This document shows positions 50,407 through 58,945 of a stretch of DNA of 64,000 nucleotides, piece after piece; positions within the stretch are counted from its first letter, which is position 1, and each line of letters starts with the position of its first letter. The stretch lies in assembly GCA_002305535.1 (NCBI GenBank), contig DBRE01000002.1, positions 1,352-65,351 on the forward strand, read 5' to 3'. Both the position numbers and the translations under genes were made by a program. The DNA comes from Syntrophomonas sp. UBA1376. Its GTDB lineage: Bacteria > Bacillota > Syntrophomonadia > Syntrophomonadales > Syntrophomonadaceae. Below the pieces are notes generated by a model that made no database searches, had not been told where the DNA came from, and saw only the letters and a program-made list of their open reading frames with translations.

Positions 50407-52023
50407 TTGAGTCTTACTTATATAACCGGTAATGATTTTATTAGAAGCGTAAAGGCCGGTTGCATTAAACTTGAACATAATCGCGAGAGTGTCGACCAGC
50501 TTAATGTTTTTCCAGTACCTGATGGAGATACCGGCACCAATATGTATTTAACTCTTATGTCGGCAGTGCGGGAAGGCGAAAAGAATCGTGACAAGCCTTT
50601 AGGCAAGCTGGCCAAATCGATTTCTATGGGTTCTTTGATGGGGGCTCGCGGTAACTCCGGGGTCATACTGTCTCAAATTTTCCGTGGCATGGCTAAAGTG
50701 TTGGAAAGCAAAGAACAGGCTGGAGCAGTGGATCTGGCTCGATCCCTTAAAACCGGAGCTGATACTGCATATGAGGCAGTAATGAAACCGGTTGAAGGCA
50801 CCATTTTGACCGTTTCCCGTGAAATCGGTCGTGCCTGTGAAGCCGAGGCCCAAAAAAACGACGATATCGTAGCCGTATTACTGGCGGGCATCGAGGCTGG
50901 GCATGCCACTCTGGCACGGACACCCTCTATGCTCCCAATATTAAAAGAGGCCGGGGTCGTTGATGCCGGTGGGCGTGGATTTCTCTTCTTTCTGGAAGGT
51001 TTTGTGGAAGGGCTGGCTCAGGAGAGAGAAATAAAACTGGAACAGTACCGTGAATCGGCTTCTGGGGTCACAACTCCTACCGAGATCATAGAGCTGGATT
51101 TTCAATATTGCACTGAGTTGCTGATAAAAGGAGAGGATCTGGATCCGCTGGATGTGCGTGATCATTTGACACCACTGGGAGATTCCCTGCTGGTAGTTGG
51201 CGGCGATGATCTACTCAAAGTACACATTCACTCTAATCATCCCGGCAAAGTCTTGGAGACCTGTTTGCAGTGGGGACAGCTGAGTGATATCAAAATCAAT
51301 AATATGTTGGAAGAAGTCCACGAGAATCGCCTGGTCATGGAAGATTCCCGCCCCAAAACCAAAACCAAGGACATCGGGCTGGTAGCTGTATCGGCTGGAG
51401 ATGGGGTGGCAGAGATATTGGAAAGCCTGGGAGTGGATATTTTAGTGCAGGGCGGACAAACCATGAATCCTAGTACTGAAGATCTGCTGAATGCCTGTAA
51501 CCAGGTGGATGCACAATCAATAGTCATACTCCCTAACAACAGCAACATAATCATGGCAGCTGAGCAAGTGGTGGAACTATGTGACAAAAAAGTAATAGTG
51601 GTTCCTACTCGTTCAGTAATGCAGGCTATCACTGTATTGATAGCCTATGATTCTGAAGGTGATATCGAAGAGATTGCCCAGGAGATGACCTCTCATATCG
51701 ATAACGTAGTTTATGGTGAAGTCACCTATGCAGTTCGCGACTCAGCCGTTAATGGACTCACTATCAAAGAAGGCGATACTATAGGGCTTATTAAAGATAA
51801 GGTTGTACTGACCAGTGCTGATCCAGACACAGCTGTTGGGGAACTACTCCAGGAAATGCTTGACGAAGACAGCGAGTTGATCACTCTGCTGTACGGAGAG
51901 GGGATCACTGAAGATGGAGCCCAGTCTTTGAAAGAGCGCCTGCAGCAGAACTATCCTGATAAGGAGATTGAAGTCCATTACGGTGGACAGCCACACTACA
52001 GTTATTGGCTTTCGGTGGAATAA
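50407..52023 (+). CDS. DAK2 domain-containing protein (YloV-like)
   Basis: PVPDGDTGTNM and GARGNSGVILSQ motifs of the Dak phosphatase domain plus a C-terminal DegV-like region. Confidence 0.9.
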   Translation: MSLTYITGNDFIRSVKAGCIKLEHNRESVDQLNVFPVPDGDTGTNMYLTLMSAVREGEKNRDKPLGKLAKSISMGSLMGARGNSGVILSQIFRGMAKVLESKEQAGAVDLARSLKTGADTAYEAVMKPVEGTILTVSREIGRACEAEAQKNDDIVAVLLAGIEAGHATLARTPSMLPILKEAGVVDAGGRGFLFFLEGFVEGLAQEREIKLEQYRESASGVTTPTEIIELDFQYCTELLIKGEDLDPLDVRDHLTPLGDSLLVVGGDDLLKVHIHSNHPGKVLETCLQWGQLSDIKINNMLEEVHENRLVMEDSRPKTKTKDIGLVAVSAGDGVAEILESLGVDILVQGGQTMNPSTEDLLNACNQVDAQSIVILPNNSNIIMAAEQVVELCDKKVIVVPTRSVMQAITVLIAYDSEGDIEEIAQEMTSHIDNVVYGEVTYAVRDSAVNGLTIKEGDTIGLIKDKVVLTSADPDTAVGELLQEMLDEDSELITLLYGEGITEDGAQSLKERLQQNYPDKEIEVHYGGQPHYSYWLSVE

Positions 52024-52078
52024 AGGTTTGTGAAAAAAGGCGGGCTGTCCCGCCTTTTGTTATCAAAGGGGGGATGAA

Positions 52079-54100
52079 ATGGACAGGCTGCTGCAAAATG
52101 TACAGTATCTTAAAGGGGTGGGGCCACAGCGAAGCAAACTTTTAGCTAAAATGAACATACATTCTATTTTTGACCTGTTATGGCATTTCCCCCGTACCTA
52201 TATAGATAGGAGCGTACTGCAACCAACCCATCAACTGGTGACAGGCGATCAGGCTGCTATTATAGGCACAGTCTTAACTACTCGTTCTAGCCGCAGTCGC
52301 CGGGGCATGACCATAATATCGGCTGCCATCGAATCCCAAGGGATAACCATTCAAGCGGTATGGTTCAATCAACCGTTCATGACCGATATATTAAAAAACG
52401 GGCGAAAGATTTGGCTGAGTGGTAAAGTCAGAAATGTACTTCCCCCAGAGATTCACGTTAGCGAATACGAGATGCTGGAATCAGAAGAATCGGTTCCCGG
52501 AATCGTACCGGTTTATCATACTACAGAGGGAATCTCCCAAAAGATGTGGCGATCACTCCTGGAAAGGGTACTGAAAACCTATTTGGGCGATTATCCAGAA
52601 ATACTGGATCAAAGCCAGCGTCAACACTATGAGTTATGTACCATTCAAGAAGCGCTGGCTAATATTCATTTTCCCACCGAGGGCAGTGCTTATCAACAGG
52701 CTCGCCGGAGGTTGGCTTTCGAAGAATTACTTCTTTTTCAACTGCGCTTGAGATCATTGGCCGTAGAAGATAACAAGCTTACTGGATTGGTTCATAAAGA
52801 AAAAGATGACCTGGTTCAAAAAATCCGGGGCGGATTGTCTTATCAACTAACACCAGCCCAAGAGAGGGTAATTGCTGAGATATTCAACGATATGGAATCG
52901 CCTTGGATAATGAACCGATTACTGCAGGGTGATGTGGGGGCTGGTAAAACTGTAGTGGCGGCTCTGGCCATGGTCAAAGCGGTTTCCAGCGGTTATCAGG
53001 CTGCCTTTATGGTACCTACCGAAATACTGGCTCTGCAGCATGGTCAGGCTCTTACCAATATCCTGTATGGCTCCGGCGTAAAACTGGAACTTTTGACAGG
53101 AAGCACTTCGGCTGCAGAGCGCTCCCGTATTTTGGAACTAACCCACCGGGGAGAAATCGATATATTGGTGGGTACCCACGCACTCATTCAGGAGGGAGTG
53201 GCCTTCAAGAAACTGGGGTTGGCCGTTATCGACGAGCAGCATCGGTTCGGAGTACGACAGCGGGCTGCCTTGCTAGCCAAAGGAGACCACCCTGATACAC
53301 TCATTATGACGGCTACTCCCATTCCCCGTACTTTGGCCTTGACTGCCTATGGAAATCTGGAGATGAGTGTCATCGATCAGCTGCCCCCCGGTAGGATACC
53401 GGTCAAGACAAAATCGCTGCCCTATAAAGCCCGTCTGCAAGCCTATAATTTTGTCAAACAGGAAATCATAAAGGGAAGGCAAGCCTACGTAGTCTGTCCC
53501 CTAGTGGAAGAGTCGGAAAATGTGGATCTGCAGGCAGCGGTAAACTTGCACGATGAATTAAGAACCGGCATTTTCAAAGAATATGAAATTGGCCTTCTAC
53601 ATGGTCGATTGCGTTCTGATGAAAAGGAAGAGATCATGAACCGCTTTAAGGTTGGTGATATTAAGGTATTGGTCACTACTACCGTAGTTGAGGTAGGGGT
53701 AGATATAGCCAATGCCAGTGTCATGCTGATCGAACATGCGGAGCGGTTTGGACTATCCCAACTGCACCAACTGCGAGGCAGGGTGGGGCGCAGTGACCTC
53801 CAATCCTATTGTATTCTGCTGGCTGACCCACATACTGAAGAATCCCGGCAACGCCTGCGGGCTATGGAAACCAGCAATGACGGCTTCTACCTAGCCCAAC
53901 AGGACTTGATAATTCGGGGACCTGGAGACTTCTGGGGAGTGCGTCAACATGGTCTGGATCAACTTAAAATTGCCGACCTTACCAAAGACCTACAGTTAGC
54001 TGAAAAGGCACGGCAGTGCTCACGGGAAATAGACCCCCTATCCTTGAGTAAATACGTCCATGCCCGTTTCCCAATGGTTGAAGGAACAGCTATGAATTGA
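52079..54100 (+). CDS. recG: ATP-dependent DNA helicase RecG
   Basis: Wedge domain plus GDVGAGKT, DEQHRFG and QLHQLRGRVGR helicase motifs. Confidence 0.95.
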   Translation: MDRLLQNVQYLKGVGPQRSKLLAKMNIHSIFDLLWHFPRTYIDRSVLQPTHQLVTGDQAAIIGTVLTTRSSRSRRGMTIISAAIESQGITIQAVWFNQPFMTDILKNGRKIWLSGKVRNVLPPEIHVSEYEMLESEESVPGIVPVYHTTEGISQKMWRSLLERVLKTYLGDYPEILDQSQRQHYELCTIQEALANIHFPTEGSAYQQARRRLAFEELLLFQLRLRSLAVEDNKLTGLVHKEKDDLVQKIRGGLSYQLTPAQERVIAEIFNDMESPWIMNRLLQGDVGAGKTVVAALAMVKAVSSGYQAAFMVPTEILALQHGQALTNILYGSGVKLELLTGSTSAAERSRILELTHRGEIDILVGTHALIQEGVAFKKLGLAVIDEQHRFGVRQRAALLAKGDHPDTLIMTATPIPRTLALTAYGNLEMSVIDQLPPGRIPVKTKSLPYKARLQAYNFVKQEIIKGRQAYVVCPLVEESENVDLQAAVNLHDELRTGIFKEYEIGLLHGRLRSDEKEEIMNRFKVGDIKVLVTTTVVEVGVDIANASVMLIEHAERFGLSQLHQLRGRVGRSDLQSYCILLADPHTEESRQRLRAMETSNDGFYLAQQDLIIRGPGDFWGVRQHGLDQLKIADLTKDLQLAEKARQCSREIDPLSLSKYVHARFPMVEGTAMN

Positions 54101-54184
54101 TGAGATTGGCTTCCTTTTATCTATTGGCATAGTATGTTATTATTTTGGCACAGGGAAGGTTCGAACTACTAGGAGGAATATTGC

Positions 54185-56032
54185 ATGTATAAAGCAGAAG
54201 ACTTCGATAAAAAAGTGATCGATGCGCATAAGCTCATATCCCTCATCAAACCAGGAAACCGTATCTTTTTCTCCAGCGGGCCATCCATGCCTGTCCGAGC
54301 CGTTGAATTAATCACTACATCGGAAGATCTTCTGGGGTATGATCTGGAAATAATTCAAATTGTGGCCGCCGGAGATTACTTTCAAGATGATTCCTTTTTC
54401 AGCCGTAATTACCGTTATAAAACCTTTCATAGCGGAGAAACAGCCTTCATGGAGGCCTCGTCTGGAAAGAAAGACTATTATCCTGCCAATCTCCTGGAAA
54501 TACCATATATTTTTGCTATACAAGCCATTGGCATTGATGTGGCAGTAATAACCACTTCTCCTCCTGACAAGCGAGGCTATATGAACCTTGGTATCTCCAT
54601 TGATGCTGCGGATGAAGTAATCAAAAATGCCGGGATTGTTATTGCCGAGGTAAATCCTAATCTCCCGATCACCTATGGAGATACCCTGATCCATATCGAT
54701 CAGGTAGATCACGTTTTCTTAAGTGAAGAACCTATGATTGAGAGGGTAAGAACTCCTTACGATAGTCTTCAGGATCGAATTGGCTGGCATGTAAGCAATC
54801 TGATTCAGGATGGCTCCACGGTGGTTATGCACGTGGGGAGAATCTTTGACGCCATTGCCCAACATTTAAAAACCAAGAAGAATCTTGGTATCCTTACTAA
54901 TGTGGTGTCTGATTGGGTCATCGATCTAGTGGAAGCTGGTGCGATCTCGTTGGAACGTAAACGAGAATTTGGAGGGCAGATAACCACAAGCTATTGTTAT
55001 GGTACCCAAGAACTCTATGACTATGTGGACTACAATCAGCTTTTCGGATTCTATCCTATTACAAAATTGGCTACCCCCCTTTTGATTAGAAGAATTCCCA
55101 AACTTATCAGCATCATGAATGTGGAGAAGATCGATGTAACAGCAGCCAGAGTCCTTGTTTACTCTGGTGACGATCTGCTTTCCGGATACGAGAGCAAGTT
55201 TAATTTTGCTGCGGCGACTGCATTCTCAGGCACAGGCAAGGTTATTTTTGCACTTAAGTCGGTGGATCAAAATGGTGAGAGCAACATTGTCATTTCCCAT
55301 AATAAGAATCCGGAAAGGGTCAGATCGACTTTGAGTGCTGCCCGATATGTGGTTACTGAGTATGGAGTTGCCTCTTTGTTTGGCAAGTCGATCAGAGAAC
55401 GGGTGCTTTCTCTAATCGAAGTTGCTCATCCTGATCATCGGGAAGCTCTTTTTACGCAGGCCAAAGAGAGAGGATACATTTATCCTGATCAGATATACAG
55501 ATCGATCGCTGCCAACTATCCTGCCCATCTTGGAACAGTGAAAACCTTCAAAGACGGATTAGAGCTTATAATCAGGCCCATAAAAGCCTCCGATGAAGAC
55601 ATGATGAGAAGGCTTTTTTACAAATTCTCGGATCGATCGAAATATTATCGATATTTTACCAGTGTCAAAGTAATGCCCCATGAAAACATGCAGAAGTATC
55701 TTAGTGTGGATTATGAAAATATCATGTCAATAGTAGCAGTTCAATTCCATGGGAACATAGAAAGGATCGTTGCAGAAGCCCGCTATGCAGCTTATCCGCA
55801 AGGCGATAATTATGAGATGGCATTCCTGGTGGACGAGGAATTTCAAGGCCGAGGCATAGCCACTTATCTGGCGGAATTCCTGATCATGATAGCCCGCGAA
55901 AGAGGAATCAAAAAGCTTAGTGCTCTGGTACTATCCCAGAACTCTCAAATGCTGGCTGTTTTTGAAAAGCTTTCTGTCAAACCAATAAAACATTATGATG
56001 GAGATACGATCGAATTGGAGTTTCTACTGTAG
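54185..56032 (+). CDS. fusion protein: acetyl-CoA hydrolase/transferase-family domain (~450 aa) plus C-terminal GNAT acetyltransferase domain
   Basis: The C-terminal ~160 aa (IRPIKASDEDMMRRLFYKFS...VDEEFQGRGIATYL) has the GNAT Q/RxxGxG/A motif and resembles the GNAT end of Pat-type protein acetyltransferases. The N-terminal part has the two-lobed CoA-transferase-like pattern. Confidence 0.75.
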   Translation: MYKAEDFDKKVIDAHKLISLIKPGNRIFFSSGPSMPVRAVELITTSEDLLGYDLEIIQIVAAGDYFQDDSFFSRNYRYKTFHSGETAFMEASSGKKDYYPANLLEIPYIFAIQAIGIDVAVITTSPPDKRGYMNLGISIDAADEVIKNAGIVIAEVNPNLPITYGDTLIHIDQVDHVFLSEEPMIERVRTPYDSLQDRIGWHVSNLIQDGSTVVMHVGRIFDAIAQHLKTKKNLGILTNVVSDWVIDLVEAGAISLERKREFGGQITTSYCYGTQELYDYVDYNQLFGFYPITKLATPLLIRRIPKLISIMNVEKIDVTAARVLVYSGDDLLSGYESKFNFAAATAFSGTGKVIFALKSVDQNGESNIVISHNKNPERVRSTLSAARYVVTEYGVASLFGKSIRERVLSLIEVAHPDHREALFTQAKERGYIYPDQIYRSIAANYPAHLGTVKTFKDGLELIIRPIKASDEDMMRRLFYKFSDRSKYYRYFTSVKVMPHENMQKYLSVDYENIMSIVAVQFHGNIERIVAEARYAAYPQGDNYEMAFLVDEEFQGRGIATYLAEFLIMIARERGIKKLSALVLSQNSQMLAVFEKLSVKPIKHYDGDTIELEFLL

Positions 56033-56107
56033 CAGACTCTAATTGATTTGAAATTAAAATAATTTACTTAAAGTAGATCGAAAATAAAAATATAAATTGG
56101 GAATACT

Positions 56108-56142
56108 AATGAAGCCGGATATTTCCGGCTTCATTACGTTTT
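56108..56142 (+). terminator. terminator after the CoA-transferase-GNAT gene
   Basis: 11-bp stem AATGAAGCCGG-ATATTT-CCGGCTTCATT followed by ACGTTTT. Confidence 0.7.
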
Positions 56143-56170
56143 GGAGAATGCCCGGAGGTGATTATTGATA

Positions 56171-56296
56171 ATGAAAGAAAAATCATTAGTGGATCAGGTA
56201 AATAGCATTGAACATCTTAAATTTGAAATCACTCAGGAGTGCGGTTTAAAACGAAAAGCAGATAAAAAATGCAAGAAAAATATTAAAAACTCTTGA
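56171..56296 (+). CDS. possible 41-aa truncated SASP-like peptide
   Basis: Not in the ORF track. GGAGGTG lies 9 nt upstream of the ATG. It contains LKFEITQECGL, which matches helix 1 of alpha/beta SASPs, but lacks the second helix. Confidence 0.3.
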   Translation: MKEKSLVDQVNSIEHLKFEITQECGLKRKADKKCKKNIKNS

Positions 56297-56308
56297 AATA
56301 ACTTCTAG

Positions 56309-56338
56309 GCATAGATGGTCATGCTGCGGACACAATAA
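56309..56338 (+). promoter_or_regulatory. forespore (sigma-G/F-type) promoter candidate for the SASP gene
   Basis: GCATA, 17 nt spacer, CACAATAA, about 30 nt upstream of the SASP start. Confidence 0.4.
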
Positions 56339-56369
56339 GACTACTAAACAAAAGGAGGTGAATTACAAC

Positions 56370-56594
56370 ATGGCACAAGGTGGAGGAAGCTCAAATAGGA
56401 TACTTGTTCCGCAGGCTCGCGCTGCGATGGATCAGTTCAAAATGGAGGCTGCTCGTGAAGTAGGCGTTACTCTGCAGAATGGTTACAATGGAGATTTGAC
56501 CACTAGACAGGCTGGCAGCATTGGTGGCCAGATGGTCAAGAAAATGATTCAGTCTTATGAACAGCAGCTGAGTGGCCAGGGCCCTATGGCATAA
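56370..56594 (+). CDS. ssp: alpha/beta-type small acid-soluble spore protein
   Basis: ILVPQARAAMDQFKMEAAREVGV...RQAGSIGGQMVKKMI is the canonical SASP two-helix pattern. AAAGGAGGTG lies upstream. Confidence 0.9.
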   Translation: MAQGGGSSNRILVPQARAAMDQFKMEAAREVGVTLQNGYNGDLTTRQAGSIGGQMVKKMIQSYEQQLSGQGPMA

Positions 56595-56677
56595 CAACAG
56601 GCATTAACTGATTATTCTATCACAAAGCAAGCGGATGTTTTTGATCCGCTTGTTTTCATTTTTCTATTGATCTCTAA

Positions 56678-57640
56678 TCAGGTAGCATACAATTCCAATT
56701 GTTCCTGGGAGATGCCAGGAAAGAGAGAAGACCCTACACCCATGGCAATAATACGGGCGCTATTTTCGATGATCTCATCAATTTCTTTAGGAGTGACGCC
56801 CAGACTGCCTCCATAAAAAGATACGATCTCCTGGATACTGTTGCGGGAGCGCAGGTCATCATAAGTCAAGCCGTAATCCAGGCAATAGCGTCTCACGGCT
56901 TGATCAGCAATTATGGCTGCATTAACAATGGTTGGACAGCCAATAGCGATAACAGGAACTCCCAGACCTTCTTGCGTAATGGCATGCCGGGCATTACCAA
57001 TACCTGAGCCGGGCTGAATACCGGTATTGGACATTTGGATGGTAGTGCCAATGCGTTCTACATTTTGAGCGGCCAGGGCATCTACAACTACTAATAAGGC
57101 TGGCTTGACACTATCGACCACACCTTTGATTACTTCGAAGGTCTCCAATCCAGTAATACCCAGGACTCCGGGAGCTATGCCGCAGGTTGGCCTCATGCCC
57201 TCCACCAGAGCTTGTGGGGCATACTGATGATAGTGCCGGGTAATGGGACTGTACTCAATGAATTTTGGTCCCAGAGAATCGGGGGTGGCTCTCCAATTAC
57301 CCAGACCTACCAGAAAAACGGTTTGATCAGATGTCAAATTGTCGCCCACTAGCAATTGCATGCTTTTGACCATGGCTTTGATGATTTCTTCCTTCACATA
57401 GGGATCATTGATCTTTAAGGGAGGGCATTGGATAGTGACATAAGTACCGATAGGTTTACCGATCTTCTGCGCACCGTTTTGATCCTTAATAATTATGGTA
57501 TTTATCGTGACATGGTTTTCCAGCTCTTCCACACTTTCAATTACACCCTGGATCTCAACATCAGCAGCTCCGCGTACCATATCCCGGGCCTCAACCGCCA
57601 GATCCACCTGAAGATTAAAAGTCTTAACCAGCTCCTGCAT
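56678..57640 (-). CDS. gpr: germination protease (spore endopeptidase GPR)
   Basis: DLAVEA, GLGNWRATPDSLGP, VVDALAA and TGIQPGSGIGN motifs shared with Bacillus GPR. Confidence 0.9.
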   Translation of the reverse strand: MQELVKTFNLQVDLAVEARDMVRGAADVEIQGVIESVEELENHVTINTIIIKDQNGAQKIGKPIGTYVTIQCPPLKINDPYVKEEIIKAMVKSMQLLVGDNLTSDQTVFLVGLGNWRATPDSLGPKFIEYSPITRHYHQYAPQALVEGMRPTCGIAPGVLGITGLETFEVIKGVVDSVKPALLVVVDALAAQNVERIGTTIQMSNTGIQPGSGIGNARHAITQEGLGVPVIAIGCPTIVNAAIIADQAVRRYCLDYGLTYDDLRSRNSIQEIVSFYGGSLGVTPKEIDEIIENSARIIAMGVGSSLFPGISQEQLELYAT

Positions 57641-57661
57641 ATGATCCCTCCTTTACTCAAC

Positions 57662-57692
57662 TTAGTATGTCATTTGTTTATGGTAAATATGC
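57662..57692 (-). promoter_or_regulatory. forespore (sigma-F/G-type) promoter of gpr
   Basis: The minus strand reads GCATA, 18 nt spacer, CATACTAA, about 20 nt upstream of the gpr RBS. Confidence 0.5.
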
Positions 57693-57700
57693 TCTGCTGA

Positions 57701-57732
57701 AAAATAAAATGGCGACTATGAAAGTCGCCATT
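57701..57732 (-). terminator. orphan rho-independent terminator (minus strand) upstream of the gpr promoter
   Basis: The minus strand reads AATGGCGAC-TTTCATA-GTCGCCATT followed by TTATTTTT. No annotated CDS lies upstream of it on that strand. Confidence 0.55.
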
Positions 57733-57923
57733 TTGGGGAGAGGAGAATTTTGTAAAGTTGTTGGGGAGGGTTTGTTTACCAGACTCTTTTATCTGGCTAT
57801 CCATATCATTACCTCATTAAGTGGTTTCTATACCCAAAAATAAAAAATATTTTATGCTAAAATATAATTGATTTAAGAGGAACAAACCTATACTAAGCGA
57901 AGTATTAACGAGGAGACAGTTAT

Positions 57924-58490
57924 TTGCGAGTTATTGCAGGAAAAGCCAAAGGAAGAAAGCTGCAGGCACCACCAGGGTTGGGCACCCGCCCGATAACCGA
58001 CATGATAAAGGAAGCTCTGTTCAATATTCTGCAGCCGCAGGTGGTGGGCAGTGACTTTCTTGATCTATATGCCGGAAGCGGTAGCGTAGGTATAGAGGCC
58101 TTAAGCCGCGGTGCTGCCAGTGCAGTTTTTGTGGACAACAGCTTTTCAGCTACTAAGATAATTCATGATAATCTTAATAAATGCGGTCTACAAGGCGAGG
58201 TATATCGCCGAGATGTGTTTGATTTCTTAGTAAGTATGGTTCGCCAAAAGCGTACCTTCGATATAATATATGCTGATCCACCTTTTACAAATGAAGTTTT
58301 GTTTGAACGAACCTTATGCTCTTTGGATAAACATGATTTACTTAATTCCGGGGGCATGATCATTATCAGAGTGCCCCGGAATACTGAATTGCCTGCCCAA
58401 TTGAATGGGATCGAAAAGCATCGGAAAAATATTTACGGCGAGTCGGCCTTATATTTTTATCGTTTAGTTAAAGAGGGAGGTTCCATATGA
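57924..58490 (+). CDS. rsmD: 16S rRNA (guanine966-N2)-methyltransferase
   Basis: MRVIAGKAKGRKL, DLYAGSGSVGIEALSRGA and IYADPPF motifs. TTG start after GAGGAG. Confidence 0.9.
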   Translation: MRVIAGKAKGRKLQAPPGLGTRPITDMIKEALFNILQPQVVGSDFLDLYAGSGSVGIEALSRGAASAVFVDNSFSATKIIHDNLNKCGLQGEVYRRDVFDFLVSMVRQKRTFDIIYADPPFTNEVLFERTLCSLDKHDLLNSGGMIIIRVPRNTELPAQLNGIEKHRKNIYGESALYFYRLVKEGGSI

Positions 58491-58945
58491 TGGAGATTTT
58501 TAGAATACTTGATGAGATGGAATTGCTGATCAAAGACAGCAAAAAAGTTCCTTTATCAAGTGGCAAAGTTGTTGTTGATCCTAATCGTTTTCTGGATCGT
58601 ATCGATCGAATCAGAGCCATCCTTCCGGAAGAACTGGAAACGGCTCGCTGTTTGCTGAGGGATAAGGAGCGTATCGTGGAAGAAGCCTGTGCCCAGGCGG
58701 AACAGTATGTGGAACACACGCGGGGGCAGGCGGCCAAATTGTTGGATGAGAATGAAATTACCCGTAATGCTGTGCAAATGGCTGATGATATTATAGCCCG
58801 AGCCCAGCAAGTATCCCGAGAAATCCATCAGGATGCTAATGATTATGCCGAAGGTATTCTATCTCACATGGAAATTGTCTTACGACGCGGTTTGGAAGCT
58901 ATCAGTATGGGCAAGGAAGAACTTCGCCAGTCTATGGATGAGTAG
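58487..58945 (+). CDS. hypothetical coiled-coil protein, translationally coupled to rsmD
   Basis: 152 aa helical, charged ORF. ATG overlaps the rsmD TGA and GGAGGGAGG lies upstream. Confidence 0.6.
   Translation: MMEIFRILDEMELLIKDSKKVPLSSGKVVVDPNRFLDRIDRIRAILPEELETARCLLRDKERIVEEACAQAEQYVEHTRGQAAKLLDENEITRNAVQMADDIIARAQQVSREIHQDANDYAEGILSHMEIVLRRGLEAISMGKEELRQSMDE

Noticed and set aside
57706-57840. A 44-codon minus-strand ORF (MDSQIKESGKQTLPNNF...) with a GAGG upstream.
   Set aside because: It reads straight through the rho-independent terminator hairpin and into the gpr promoter. A non-coding transcript is more plausible.
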